From Pelomyxa schiedti (taxonomy: Eukaryota > Protista > Evosea), in the NCBI GenBank assembly GCA_020536535.1, contig JAHLWZ010000801.1:75095-139094 (forward strand): a DNA stretch of 64,000 nucleotides, written 5' to 3'. Below, in pieces: positions 48,641 through 60,183 of the stretch (its first letter is position 1; the number at the start of each line of letters is the position of its first letter). The notes beneath the pieces were generated by a model that saw nothing but the letters and a program-made list of their open reading frames with translations, made no database searches and had not been told where the DNA came from. The translations under genes were made by a program, and so were the position numbers.

Positions 48641-51600
48641 CTAGTGCTGAGAACCAGGGGTATGCAGTGATTCTTTTCTTGTGCAAGTGTTGCATGAACT
48701 GCGGTGTTTTGCCCAGTGTTGTTTCTGGCATTCCTGTGAAAGGAATGAGTTATTTTGAACCCCCGGTACTATTATTATGTAATGCAGTAGGGAGCAAATG
48801 GGCTATGATAAATAGTCAACCTTTGAACAGTAGGTGGCGGCCATGCAACCACCACAGCGAAGAGGTTTCCCTAGTACAACTCGGCACTGATGGCACCGGT
48901 GTAAGTGTAGGCCTATAACTGCACTAGCCAGTTCTTTTCCACCTGACCACAAATTTGTGCCACTTGTCTTGCTAGTCGCACAAATAGTCGTGGTGCTGGT
49001 GGTGCTGGGCGTGGTTGTTGCTGTTTTGGTTGCGGATGAGGTGTTTTGAACTGACGCGGGATGCTTAGTCTTAGCCGGTTGTGCTTGTGGCGCAGAATCG
49101 GTAAGGTAGTTTGGTAGTTTTAGCTTCATGTAGGTGGCGTCTGTTCTTTTTTTGGAGTCTGTGTAGATTTTAGGTTGGGATTTAGGGAACACAAGGAAAG
49201 GACAAGAGCACAAAGCGTTGAGGGAGAAAATTCATAACGGCACACACAGACAGGAAAGCATCATGTATACAGACTGACCCATTGATATATCATTGATAAA
49301 GTAACCCACCCTGCTAGCCAGAAGTCTAAGCTTCACTAAGTCGGCTCTGCAGCGTGTGAGATCTCGCCACTCTGGGTGGATAGTGGGAGTCTGCTGTGTC
49401 ACAAGGAGTACACGCACATTTCCGGCTATGTCCGTCCAGAAACGGTAATATCTACATGAATTAGAAAGCTCCTCTTGCCGTTGATAATTACCTTCCGTAT
49501 TGAGTAAAATTTACTGCTGTTTGGGTGAAATCGTTGTCAAGAGATAGGAATGCTGAACTGTAACAGTTATCTACAAGCTCACTCATCCCTTTCCCCTATT
49601 GGCGTAACTGAGGTAAAAGCAACTCGTAGGCAAATGAATCACCTTTACAATGATGGCACCACTGACAATCGACCCAATCAGTAGTGTGTGAGTCCATTTC
49701 ACACACAATATGTCAGTTGGGTCAATTGAATCCGTTACCTGAAACCAAGGAGGTTCAGGAAAGTTCAAGTCATCTAAGAAATTGGTGGATTTAAGATGCA
49801 ACAACACTTTTTGGTGCATACATTGGAGAGGTGGCGGACCTCTATCGATACACATCATCTGAAGTCCGATTCCGTTGTCACTAGGAGTGCCATAACAGGT
49901 TCTCCTCACTGCAAACAACAGCTTCAGCCATCCACTGTGTTCGCATTGAGTGCATCCTACTTCGCCAAGGCCTCGTGGAAACTGACTCCATTGTGTAGCT
50001 TCACAAACTGGGCAAGTACAACAAAATTGTATGTCTTCGATATAATTTTTTGGAGTACTTGGATCCTTTTGTGGTTTGTAAGCTGGATAAACATCAGACA
50101 ATGTGGTACCTGAAACCACTGCTGATTTGTGATTCGAGATATCAGGAGTCTTGGCCACCAACTGTATGTTGGTCTGAAATCAGGGTTTTTGTGCTTTGTG
50201 TGCTGTGGGTGTTGATGAAGAGGCACACTAGTGTGATAATGTTGGGAATTGGGATTTGTTCTCAATCTGGCGCAATACTTTCCACCGCAGTTACAGGCAC
50301 CATTGCTACCCGTCCCACATCCACAGACCCCACCTGGGGCACCGGAACACGTATCCAGAGACCAGAGGCAGTATTCCCCATTCCCACATTCGGAGCTGCA
50401 GTCACATCCTCCGCCGGTACACCATGTGACGTAATGGAATCCTCCACTCACTCCCCCTGGACCACATGTGTGCCCCATAACACGCACACAAGGGTTGCAC
50501 GCTATCCGCGTCATACACAGAGGTGCACCCCACACGTTGTTGACAGGTCCAGCACAAAAAACAGGTCCAGCTTCTCGTGACTCAAAATGTAGGTACCCAG
50601 TGTGTCCCTCTCCAACGCCATAGCTAAGGTTGATCCTGTTATGAGAGCAAGAAGTAGAAGGAGCAAGTCCTGCTGCAGTATATATCGGCGGGGAAACGCA
50701 CGGGAGAGGAACAGTGCACAAGCACCCAGGGGCTCTGGTAAGAAGTGCTGCCAGATGACAAGAATTGGGACTGAAACACACATCTCTATAAGACAGACTA
50801 AGATCACGGAATATTATCTCGAAATACGGTGCTGGTGAAGTGTGTATTTTGAACCTGTATCGATATAAGAAACAATATTAATATTCAACAGTAAAAAGAA
50901 GGGATAAGATGCGCACATACACTACAAGTTCACTGCGGTTGTGTCTCATGTAACCAAGAATGAGCAGCAATCTCTTGCAAGGACTGAGCAGTAGCTTCCG
51001 TGGTTTGATTTGTTCAAAGGTGAATGTGGCAACGTGCAACATACTTGTGTGGGGGAGGGTGATATCTTTTATCACGTGCCGAGTTATTGTATTGGCGGTT
51101 GGAGCATTAGCAGATGTTGCTTGTGGGGAAAGGAAAGACTTCGACAGTGGGTCATTCACTATTGATGGTGAAACTGGCTTTTGGGCGTTGTCGGCACAGG
51201 TAGTTTCCACTGTTGAACTACCTGTGGTGTCCTTGGGCGGGGTTGACGTTCTCAAAGTCCCGTTTGGGAGTTGTGTCACTTGCTCGGAATGTGCAACGGA
51301 TTGTGGAGTCATGACTACGGCATTAGTGGCAAGAGAAACCAAGTTTGATGGAACTGGGGATGTTGCGATGTCATCTACCACAACGCTTCGCTCACACACA
51401 GGCTGCAAAAGTTTGGTTTTTTCTGTAAGAGGTTGGAAAAAAACGTGCCCTGTTGTGTAGATAACCAGAAGAACACCAGCAGACTCAGAGATAGAAGCTG
51501 ATGAATTGGCTAATGAAGGCTTGTGGAAAAAAAGAGATACGAATCACGTAAGTGGGGAAAAAGGCCAGTAGAAGTTGTCACATACAGGATTATAGTGCAC

Positions 51601-52530
51601 CCAAGGAAGATACTCAAACAACAATACTCCACTAGGGTTATCATTCGACCTGCACTTTTCATGCGCCGATGTAGACGGGCTCGAGCTGCTTGTATTCCCA
51701 CAATCCTCCTGCTGCGAACTCCCGCCGCCGCAGTGACCATCAGCAACAGTACCGTCGTCCTTTGGGCTCGGAGTCCCGTCGCCGTCTCCTTCCCCGTCGG
51801 CGCCACACCCAGCGGCGCCTCCTGATCCGGTTTCGGCCTCTGGTTCCGCCTCCTCTTCGGCTTCGTTGTAGTCGTCGTCCTCCTCGACGTAGTACTTGCT
51901 CTCGTAGTCGCTCTCGCCCCCGCCGCCGCCGCCCGCGTCGGCGTCGCTGCAGGCCCCCCTCCCGCCCCCGTACTGCCCCGCGCCGTCCTCGCCCCCCGCC
52001 GCCCCCGCCTCCTCCTCCTCCTCGTCCGACAATAGGTCCCCAGACCCCCCGCTGCTGCCCCCGCCGTCGCCCTCCTCCCCCTCTTCTTCATCTTCATCTT
52101 CTTCTTCCCCCTCCCCGTCCTCGTCCTCGTCCCCGTCCCCGTCCGGGTCTGCGTCTTCGTCTTCGTCTTCTTCCTGGCTGTCTCCCTCGGGATCCTCTCC
52201 CGACTCGTCGTCGCCGTCGCCGCCTTCCCCTTCGTCGTAATCTCCCTCCCGCCGCCCCTGCTGGACTTGCCGCTGCGTGATCGCCGCGCCCCCCGCGGCC
52301 TGCCGTCGCCCCTCCTGCTGCGCCCGCTGCTGTTGCTGTGATTGCTGCTGCTGCTGCGAGGCCCGGCGGCGTTGTTGTTGCTGCTGCTGCTGCTGCGCCG
52401 ACGTCGTGGTGGCCCTGATGGCTCGCACTATCGCCTTGTGCTTGTTCCTCCTGGAGGCCGACGGGGCGCCCCCGGTGCTGCCTCCGCCGCCTCCGCCTCG
52501 TCGTCGCTGTTGCCTTCCTCGCACCGGCAT
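48641..52530 (-). CDS. Large hypothetical protein: Q/acidic N-terminus, WD/beta-rich and Cys/Gly-rich middle, C-terminal MYND zinc finger
   Basis: MYND assembled across an intron: CHQCRVVLGKPLRCGGCMAATYCSK|ECQKQHWAKHRSSC. WD-like DVCFSPNSCHLAALL. Very acidic GC-rich first exon. Joining all exons into one gene is inferred. Confidence 0.6.
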
Positions 52531-53191
52531 CCAATTAGAAGATAAAAAGGGAAAAAAAAAGGGGGCAGACGAACCTTTGGCATTTTGATTGCTGTGGAAC
52601 CCTTTGGGGGTAACTTGTTGGAAGTGGCCTATGTGTCGTGTTGTTCTAGAGTGGTACTTGGGGTGCTTTTTGTTGTTATGGGCCATGAGGCGCGGTCTTG
52701 GTTGGTCAGGGCATACTCTGATGTGTTTCGAGAGGGTTTCCCAGGCGGTGCCATTGCTGGATGCTGATAAGGTCCAGTTGTAAGGTTTAAGGCACTACTG
52801 CATGGGAGATTTCCGCGACCCAGTTGGGGATGGACAACAAAGCCTGATCCTGAGCCAAACGTGTTTTCTATGGTTATCTTTTTTTTGGTTTTAGCCATCT
52901 CTTTTGTTAAATCAGTTTACATACAAATATCTTTTTGTTGTTTCTCAAATGTGATTACTACGGAATTTTTTTTGAACCAAGATATCTTGGCTTGTGATCT
53001 AAAATGAGATGGAGCTCACTTTTTTTTTTAATATCTAAAAATGATTTTAAAACTAGAGCTCTCTTTGCATAGAGTTGTGCCTAGCCCTCCTTTCTGCCTC
53101 TGCTTGTGCTGTTTTTCTGTCCTCGGGCTTTTTGTTTTGGAGACAGCATCAGTGAAGTTGGTGGATATTTACATATTATGTAAAATAGTCT

Positions 53192-53775
53192 TCATTCAAT
53201 GGGTGTCCTTACACTTGGCTCCCATCGGCTCTTGCATTCAACAATCATTGCCGGGCAGGCAGTATCATCCTCATCACCGAAATCAAACTCAAAGCACTCC
53301 CCCAGTTTTATATCTTCCATGTAGTCCAAGTCATCTGGCTGGCCATCATACTCCCCTTCTTGATTAGGCCCATCGTCGCCGGGCCATATCTTTGTGCACT
53401 TCCTGCCACACAGGGGGCAATTCCATACTTCAACACTTACATCGTTGCAATACTGTGTGTATCCGTCAACACAGTTTGCAGTGTTCCAGATAATTCCAGT
53501 CGCTTCACCTCGGCAACGGCGCTTTCCAGGCCACAATTCAGTAACAATACTATTATGTGTCATTATTCCAAATATCAAGAAACGAAGCAGAGTAGAACAT
53601 TCATAATACTGAGTTAACGAGCCAGACATACGTACCCCTCATCTGATGGAACACTAGGAGCGTCAGTGCACCATACCTCACTGCTGTACATCCCATCATC
53701 AGAATCCTCACAAGGAGTGGTCTCACATGCATCATCTGCAGCAACCATCTTCCATGCCAAAACCTCAATCAACAT
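53192..53775 (-). CDS. Small acidic, Cys-rich hypothetical protein (two exons)
   Basis: ORFs 53614-53799 and 53192-53629 join through a short GT-AG intron near 53612-53638; contains WNCPLCGRKC. No family recognised. Confidence 0.45.
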
Positions 53776-54124
53776 TCCATTACAACCTACATGTGCCAAA
53801 AGTTAACCCACAAGCAAACACCAAAACTAGGTGAATTCTAGTTGGTGTTGCAACCTTTTCCTTTATGGGTCTTGGTGAGTTCCCACAATTCTGTTGTTTC
53901 TCCCACAGCTAGGGCTATGAACCAACTCAAAGTCACCAACGCACCAACCGTTGCTGATAGGGTTACCATCAAAGTATTTGTTTCTTGGAAAGTAATATAT
54001 TTTTTTTTTGTTCTAAGTGCTGCTCAGTCGAGCAGAGGCAGCTAAGACCTGGAAAAGTTGAAGTTTGGTTGCATTAGGATCATGCCCAATTGGGCCTCGC
54101 GCCGTTCACGGCATGTGGTGTGTT

Positions 54125-54198
54125 GACATCGCGCACAACCAAGCATCGAATGGATGGCTCCATGAATCGGTAGATAGTGCTTGGTTGTGCGCGATGTC
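54125..54198. repeat. Perfect 21-bp inverted repeat (stem-loop, 32-nt loop)
   Basis: GACATCGCGCACAACCAAGCA (54125-54145) and TGCTTGGTTGTGCGCGATGTC (54178-54198) are exact reverse complements. Confidence 0.95.
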
Positions 54199-54234
54199 GA
54201 GGGTAAAAATATTTAAAGACAACCAAGCGCGATC

Positions 54235-55671
54235 TCACCCAGTACGTCCATGGCTGCGGAGGCAGAGGGAGCGCAGCCAATTCGCGTCCGATGGAGAACA
54301 GGCAATATCTCGATCGCTCCAGTCTCCCCAATCGTGAACACGAGTGATAAGATATCCATCGATGTCTTCATGCCCCACCATTCCTAAGTAGCGACACAGT
54401 CGAGAGGCTCCACACATCCTCGCAGCCTCGGATTCGAGCGAAGGGTTGACCCCGAAGAGTCCCACAACGAGGGATCGAGCGACGCCCACTTGTCCACACA
54501 TTATCTCTCTCCCTATCCAGTACCAGAAGTCCGTGTGCTCGAGTATGGTCTGCACCATCTCCGGCCTCGTATCCGGGGTGATATACCAATCGACGGAGAA
54601 CAGGGGTCGACCTGAGAGCGGGGTGAATTGGGACCTGGTCGCGATATCCTGAAGACTGGGGATCTCCATCATCCTCTTATCCCAACATGAGTTCAGGAAG
54701 CATTCGACCAACTCAGGACGGTTCTTGTCGGGGCAACGGTCGATGATCTCTCTGGCAAGTGCATGATCCCCAAGTCGGTGAAGATGCGGGAGCAGTGCTT
54801 CAGGTCTCCTCCCGTGGAGTGATATGATCTGTCTCACTAAGGCGTTCCTCCCCGTCTTCCTCCTGAGACGGTCGATCTCGGTTTCTGCGTCATCACCTCT
54901 CGGGAAGTCTGCCAACGTTACTCCAACCTCATACCAAGGTCCTTCCAGCGATTGCAGACATGTCGGATGCACAAATCGCCCATCGCGTAGGATTGAATCT
55001 GTCAGGGAGGGGGCATCATTATATTCGTCTGGTGTCGAGTTCAGGATGACCGGCTTCCCACAGAAGGTCTTGGCAATGGGCGGACACCATTTCCCGCGAA
55101 TGCGATGATGGAAGGTATTGTCAACGGTCGGTATCGGAATCAGCTCATCCAGATAACACCACTCCCTCAAGTCCGGAAACTTTGGAAGGCCGAGGATGAT
55201 GGAGGCATAGTACACGAACGATAGTCCGTGAGCATGCCTGGGTGCCGACCTAATCGCCAAGTCCACCGCTCTCTCGAGGATGAGGTCCAGCATCCGGAAC
55301 GTGGGCAAGTCGGCACCTCGTGATCGCATCCAATTGAACTTCATGGAGAGCCACCAGTGCGTCAGTGGGATCGGAGCATGCCGGAGGAGGGATCGGTAAT
55401 AGTGACAGTCACAATTCTGTTCGGCCAACTCGAGCGCCCTCTTCCACACTGATCCGCTCAACTCCCCATTCACACATCGTCTCAACTCCCCCAACATTGG
55501 GATGGCCATCGGTGCCAATCGAGGCCTCACCAGGGTCAGCATCGCTATCGTCCCGATGGGAGCGATATCAAGTATCAGTGGCAATGCATGATTGACGAGT
55601 TCAGCAGACACAGGGACGAACGGAGTCAACCCGACAAACCTCATTGGGAGTGAGTCTGAGTCCCAATACAT
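54235..55671 (-). CDS. Intronless orphan ORF (478 aa) of atypical composition, possibly foreign or viral
   Basis: Uninterrupted ATG-TGA ORF; CG/GATC-rich throughout, unlike neighbouring gene bodies; no motif recognised. Confidence 0.7.
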   Translation of the reverse strand: MYWDSDSLPMRFVGLTPFVPVSAELVNHALPLILDIAPIGTIAMLTLVRPRLAPMAIPMLGELRRCVNGELSGSVWKRALELAEQNCDCHYYRSLLRHAPIPLTHWWLSMKFNWMRSRGADLPTFRMLDLILERAVDLAIRSAPRHAHGLSFVYYASIILGLPKFPDLREWCYLDELIPIPTVDNTFHHRIRGKWCPPIAKTFCGKPVILNSTPDEYNDAPSLTDSILRDGRFVHPTCLQSLEGPWYEVGVTLADFPRGDDAETEIDRLRRKTGRNALVRQIISLHGRRPEALLPHLHRLGDHALAREIIDRCPDKNRPELVECFLNSCWDKRMMEIPSLQDIATRSQFTPLSGRPLFSVDWYITPDTRPEMVQTILEHTDFWYWIGREIMCGQVGVARSLVVGLFGVNPSLESEAARMCGASRLCRYLGMVGHEDIDGYLITRVHDWGDWSDRDIACSPSDANWLRSLCLRSHGRTG

Positions 55672-55888
55672 GCGTACACGATTTCTCCCCTGATGCGCGT
55701 TTCAAAAAATATGTGACGAATGCTAAACCCCACAGTGGAAAGGTGAGTTTCCTAGAACATTGTCAGTCTCGAGACACTTTGTTGCAGCGTTGAGGATTGC
55801 ACTCTCCCCACATCTCAGCCACCTTCACTGCATGCTTGTGTCAGTCGGATTGCAACATCTGGCTCTGCGAACGTCGAAATTTAAAAAA

Positions 55889-58800
55889 ATGTCGTACAAC
55901 AAGGTACCCACCAGTGAATCGGCGTCGTCCAAGGCCGTTGCTTTTCTGTTGTACGACTTCATCGACACCTCTGACGACGACTACAACCCCCTGGACGACG
56001 GCAACCAAGCCACCTCCCTGTCCCCCTCCCCCTCCTCTGTCTCCGCCTCGCTGCCGGCAGCCGGCGGCGGCGACGTCGTTGCCCACTCCCCCGCCTCGGT
56101 CTCGGCCTCGGTCACGGCGTCTGCCTCGCGGGGCCCCTCGGCGGGTGCGTCGAGCCTGGAGGCGGACTGGCTGGTCAAGCCCATCGCGGGGTGGCCGCTG
56201 GCCCCCAAGGACGCGCCGCGGCCGCCCCCGCCGCGGCCCCGGCTGAAGCGCGACTGCGCGGTCTCGGCGGCGATGTGGTGGGCCATCGTGGTGGTCACGG
56301 TGGTGGTGTGCTGGTTCTCCGCCGAGTGGGGGTGCGTGAGGAGGCTGCCCCCGGCCGAGGGCCTCGACGCGGACCTCGGCCTGTTCTCTGAGGCCAGGGC
56401 CAGGCAGTATCTCCAGCAACTTGCTGGTGTGTGACTTGTTGGGTTTTTGGTTTTTGGTTTTTGTTGGAGTGAGATTGGTTTGGGTGTGGGGGAATATATG
56501 TTTTTGAATGGGGCACGAAAGTGTTGAGATAGATTATATTTAACTCGAGTGGTAGATATTGGTGACAACAGGTTTGCGGGAACTCTGGAACTGAATGAAA
56601 CTGTGGGCACTCTTTTGAGTATTCTTAGCAGCATGAAGGTTACAAAAGGAAACGCAGGTGTCAATATGGACATTGATTACAGGTTTGTCAACAAAAATTA
56701 GGATTGTGAACTAATCACTGTGATTAGGGAAACCTTTGGTGGAAACTCCTCTTCCTCAATAAATTCGATATGGGAGACCTACCCACTTATCTCAGTCCGT
56801 GTTTACACAACTGGTACTCATTCTCTCCTTGTTTCTTTTTTTTTTTTTTTTTTTGTTGCAAGCTAAACAATTAAAAGGGTATGAGGCCAGAGCTATCTTA
56901 CTTGATTCACATATCGGTATGCCTCTTTCTTCCATTGTCCTGGTAGTAATAAAGCAACAAAAAAGATTCTGCTATTCAAGGGTAACGAAAGAATTTCTCC
57001 CATTTGTACTCATATTGATTAAGACCAGGAATCTCTGACAATCTTGTGGGCGTTTCCACTGCATTGGAAGTTTTAAGAGCAATTGTGGATACTGATGGCC
57101 TTTCCCTGAGGTACCCCTACACCATTTCTTCGTTTTAAAATTTTCCTTCAGGAATGCATTCATTATAGTATTTGGTCTTCAAGAAGAAGGAATGTTTGAA
57201 GCTCAGTCATTCATGAATGACTCTCCTTGGAAAAGGTTGTTAGCCTTGTCCTTTCTCTATTCACCGATTATTACTTAGCACTGTTGTTGGTTTCATCAAT
57301 CAGGATTCTCTTGGTTCGGCATCGCAAGGAGCAATGCTTGCCCAAGTTTCTCATATTCGTAGTTGGATTGACTATTGATCGTTGTTACAGAGTTCACAAT
57401 ACTCAGTAGCACAAGCTTATGCCAAGGCTCCATATCCACTTGGATTTTCGTTTATTAGCGATTTGTTCAGGTTTCCTTTAGCGTTTGATAACTAAGTAAC
57501 CATTAACACAGAGTCGGCGCCTTTTATCCAAAAACGAGTTTTCAGGGTATGAAGAATGATGTAATTAAAGTCTAATCGTTCCTTAGTCTACAATTCTTAT
57601 GGTCTCCCTGGAATAGACCTTCTGCATATGATGTCTGGGCAAACCTACCACACATCTTTGGACACACTGGAACGTGTATCTAGTGGTGTACTACAACATG
57701 ATGGAGATAATTTATTGTTTGTACCCCTAAATTTTTACCTTGTTCGTAAATCCAATGCAGATTTACTGTTTTGCACCTGCTCACCAATAACTTTAAAGAG
57801 GACAAGTCCGAGATTTTTTCCATTTCGGGACCAGGGACCTTCCTTTTGGCGTCAACGAAGGCTGCCTGGGGGACAGGGGGTGCATTACTGGGATGCGTAT
57901 TAATCTGCTTGGTTGTATGCTTGGCGGTGTTCTCCAAGAAGCACGACCACTTTGCCCACATGGTAGGAATGCACACTGTTATCATTTCTTTGAGTGTGAT
58001 CTTTGGTTTTATCACCCTTATGGCTGGAGTTGGCTTCCCAGCACTATTCGGACTGCTGTTATGGGGCATAAACGAATTTACATATGTGAGTAATTACAGT
58101 GTTCTGGTGGCAATGTAAGTTATTCAAACAAACAAAAGATCAACAAACACCCCTTAACACCTTAACAGGTCTGCATGTGCCTCCTTTGCTGGTATTCTTC
58201 TTACGCATAGTCTGTTTTCATACACTATGTGGAGATTCCGTAAAACATTCATAGTACGCAACTTCTATGGCCGTGATCTTCAGTGGGATGCCATTGCAGG
58301 CCTGTCCATTTTGTATTAAGAAAACCCTGGTAGCTTTTTTTGAAAAACGATAGATATTCCGCAATGTTCATAATATTCCTGGCGTGTGGCTGGCGCTTTT
58401 CTATCATATTTCTCTATCCCGCCGTAGCTGCTCCCTGTGCAATTGGATTTCACTTCCTTGCGAAACACATTGTGTCTATTATGCAACGAGATTCCAAAGT
58501 ACTCCCTAAGCTCTATCGTTCTTCCCACTAAAGAAACCTTTAGAAACTTACTCTTACGATGGTACTGATTAGATTTATGGGAGAATGGCTACCATTGATG
58601 AGTGTACTCCCTTATGCATTCTTCTTTGCTTTTCCAATCTTGGTAACCAGGTCAGCTCATCCCACCGAGTAATTTTTTTCTAGGCAGTGGTGCCTGGCAG
58701 TGTGGCCCCTCAATATGAGATATATGCTAAATCTCAGGGAACTCTCTTAATTTGTGTTTATGTGGGATTCTTTTTTTCTGTGAGTAGGGAACTTACTGAA

Positions 58801-59869
58801 TCAATATAACACCCCACCTTTTTTAGGTTTCTATGCAACTTATTCTCGCCTGGACACATGGTGGGAAGAATATTATTACCCCAAACTGGCCTCTATGGCC
58901 TCTTTTTAAGCAACATGTAGGAATTACAGAGATTTGCCTTTTTTTAAAAAAACTGCTCCATCCCAGAAATTCTGTGCAGATCGAGATCAAGGTTCCAGAA
59001 GTCTAGGTTTATATTGGATTGTAGCCGTTATTGGTGTTGTGACAGTAATTCTATTCATTGTTGCTTCTGCTATGAAAGGCTATTCTTCAAATTCACCTTT
59101 GCGATATGTGCCCAACTATGTTTTTGATAGTCAATCCAATTCAGCATATGTAAATTTATCCCTTTAGTTCCTAATTGAGAGTAACACTTTGATAGATCTC
59201 CATATCACCCAATGACTGTTGCCTTGGAGATTTGAAAGATGCCCTTCAAAAAAAGGGCTTCAATTTTGCGGAATGTAACACTTTTCTCTCCAATTCAAAA
59301 TCTCTGTGTATGCCCACAACAACTCCCATCTCTGCAGCTCCACCAACTCTGCAGGTAACAAATCTCCTTTCCTTTCCTTTTTTCCCATACAAATCAAGGT
59401 AACACAAAACTTGTATAATATATCAACTAGTCTCCGATATGTACAATTTGAGATAGTTGGCCTCCCCTATCCGCGATATCAAATTGCATTTAACTGCACT
59501 GATGCCGAGCTGGGAGTTACAAATATCGCGATAAATCAAATTGCCCTAGCAGGAGGTATGAACCCGCCTTTGCTTCTTATTATCCTGTTTTCATTTAATT
59601 TGACCAACACACAAACAGCTGTCACAGACGCCACAGCCGTGGTAAAGTACACCGGAAATCAACTCCTGACCACCAATTCCATCAGCTTTACTACCACACA
59701 GCAAGGGCAGTGCACAGTAAAACTAACAGCACAAAACATGGATACCAGTGACACTGGCCAGTTAAGCCAAGTTATGCAATCAATGCCCAGCTGGACAGTA
59801 CCACACTCCATGCCTGAGCACTTCCTCCCCTCGGTCACAATTACTTCTCTTTTAATACCAGCTGTGTAA
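55889..59869 (+). CDS. M28 family ER metallopeptidase 1 (ERMP1/PFF1-like), multi-pass membrane protein
   Basis: N-terminal TM, then LFSEARARQYLQQL, ILLDSH (HxD split by an intron), QEEGMFEAQSF, DSLGS, PGIDL...YHTSLDT...SGVLQHDGDNL; multiple TM exons and a lumenal C-terminal domain; TAA at 59867-59869. Confidence 0.85.
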
Positions 59870-60183
59870 TAGCTGTGATACACATTGTATGCTAAAAATC
59901 CCAAAAGAGCTTGATTTCGGTTTTAAAAACAGCCACCATTCGGGTGCGTCGATTTCGTATTGATTTTTTTTGAATGTTTTTTTAAGGATCACGATGAAAA
60001 AACCAACTGACAATTAATAGCAAATTTTCTGGCCAGCGAGATCCACAAGAGCAGATTTCCGATTCAAATGCGATGGCCCTATCTAACATAGACAGGCTTA
60101 CAATAATCACCAAGTAATTATCTTGGCTTTTTCCTTTGACTTTTTTGTTTTGCAAAGAGGATTGGAGGTTCTGACCATAATTA

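Noticed and set aside
51510-52588. Many overlapping long ORFs in GC-rich blocks (also 6071-6582, 32883-33353, 55797-56673, 61368-61933)
   Set aside because: Shadow ORFs caused by stop-codon scarcity in GC-rich low-complexity first exons.
52629-52898. Independent small gene MAKTKKK...
   Set aside because: 89-aa ORF with no motif; may be UTR or an upstream exon of the MYND gene and cannot be supported separately.
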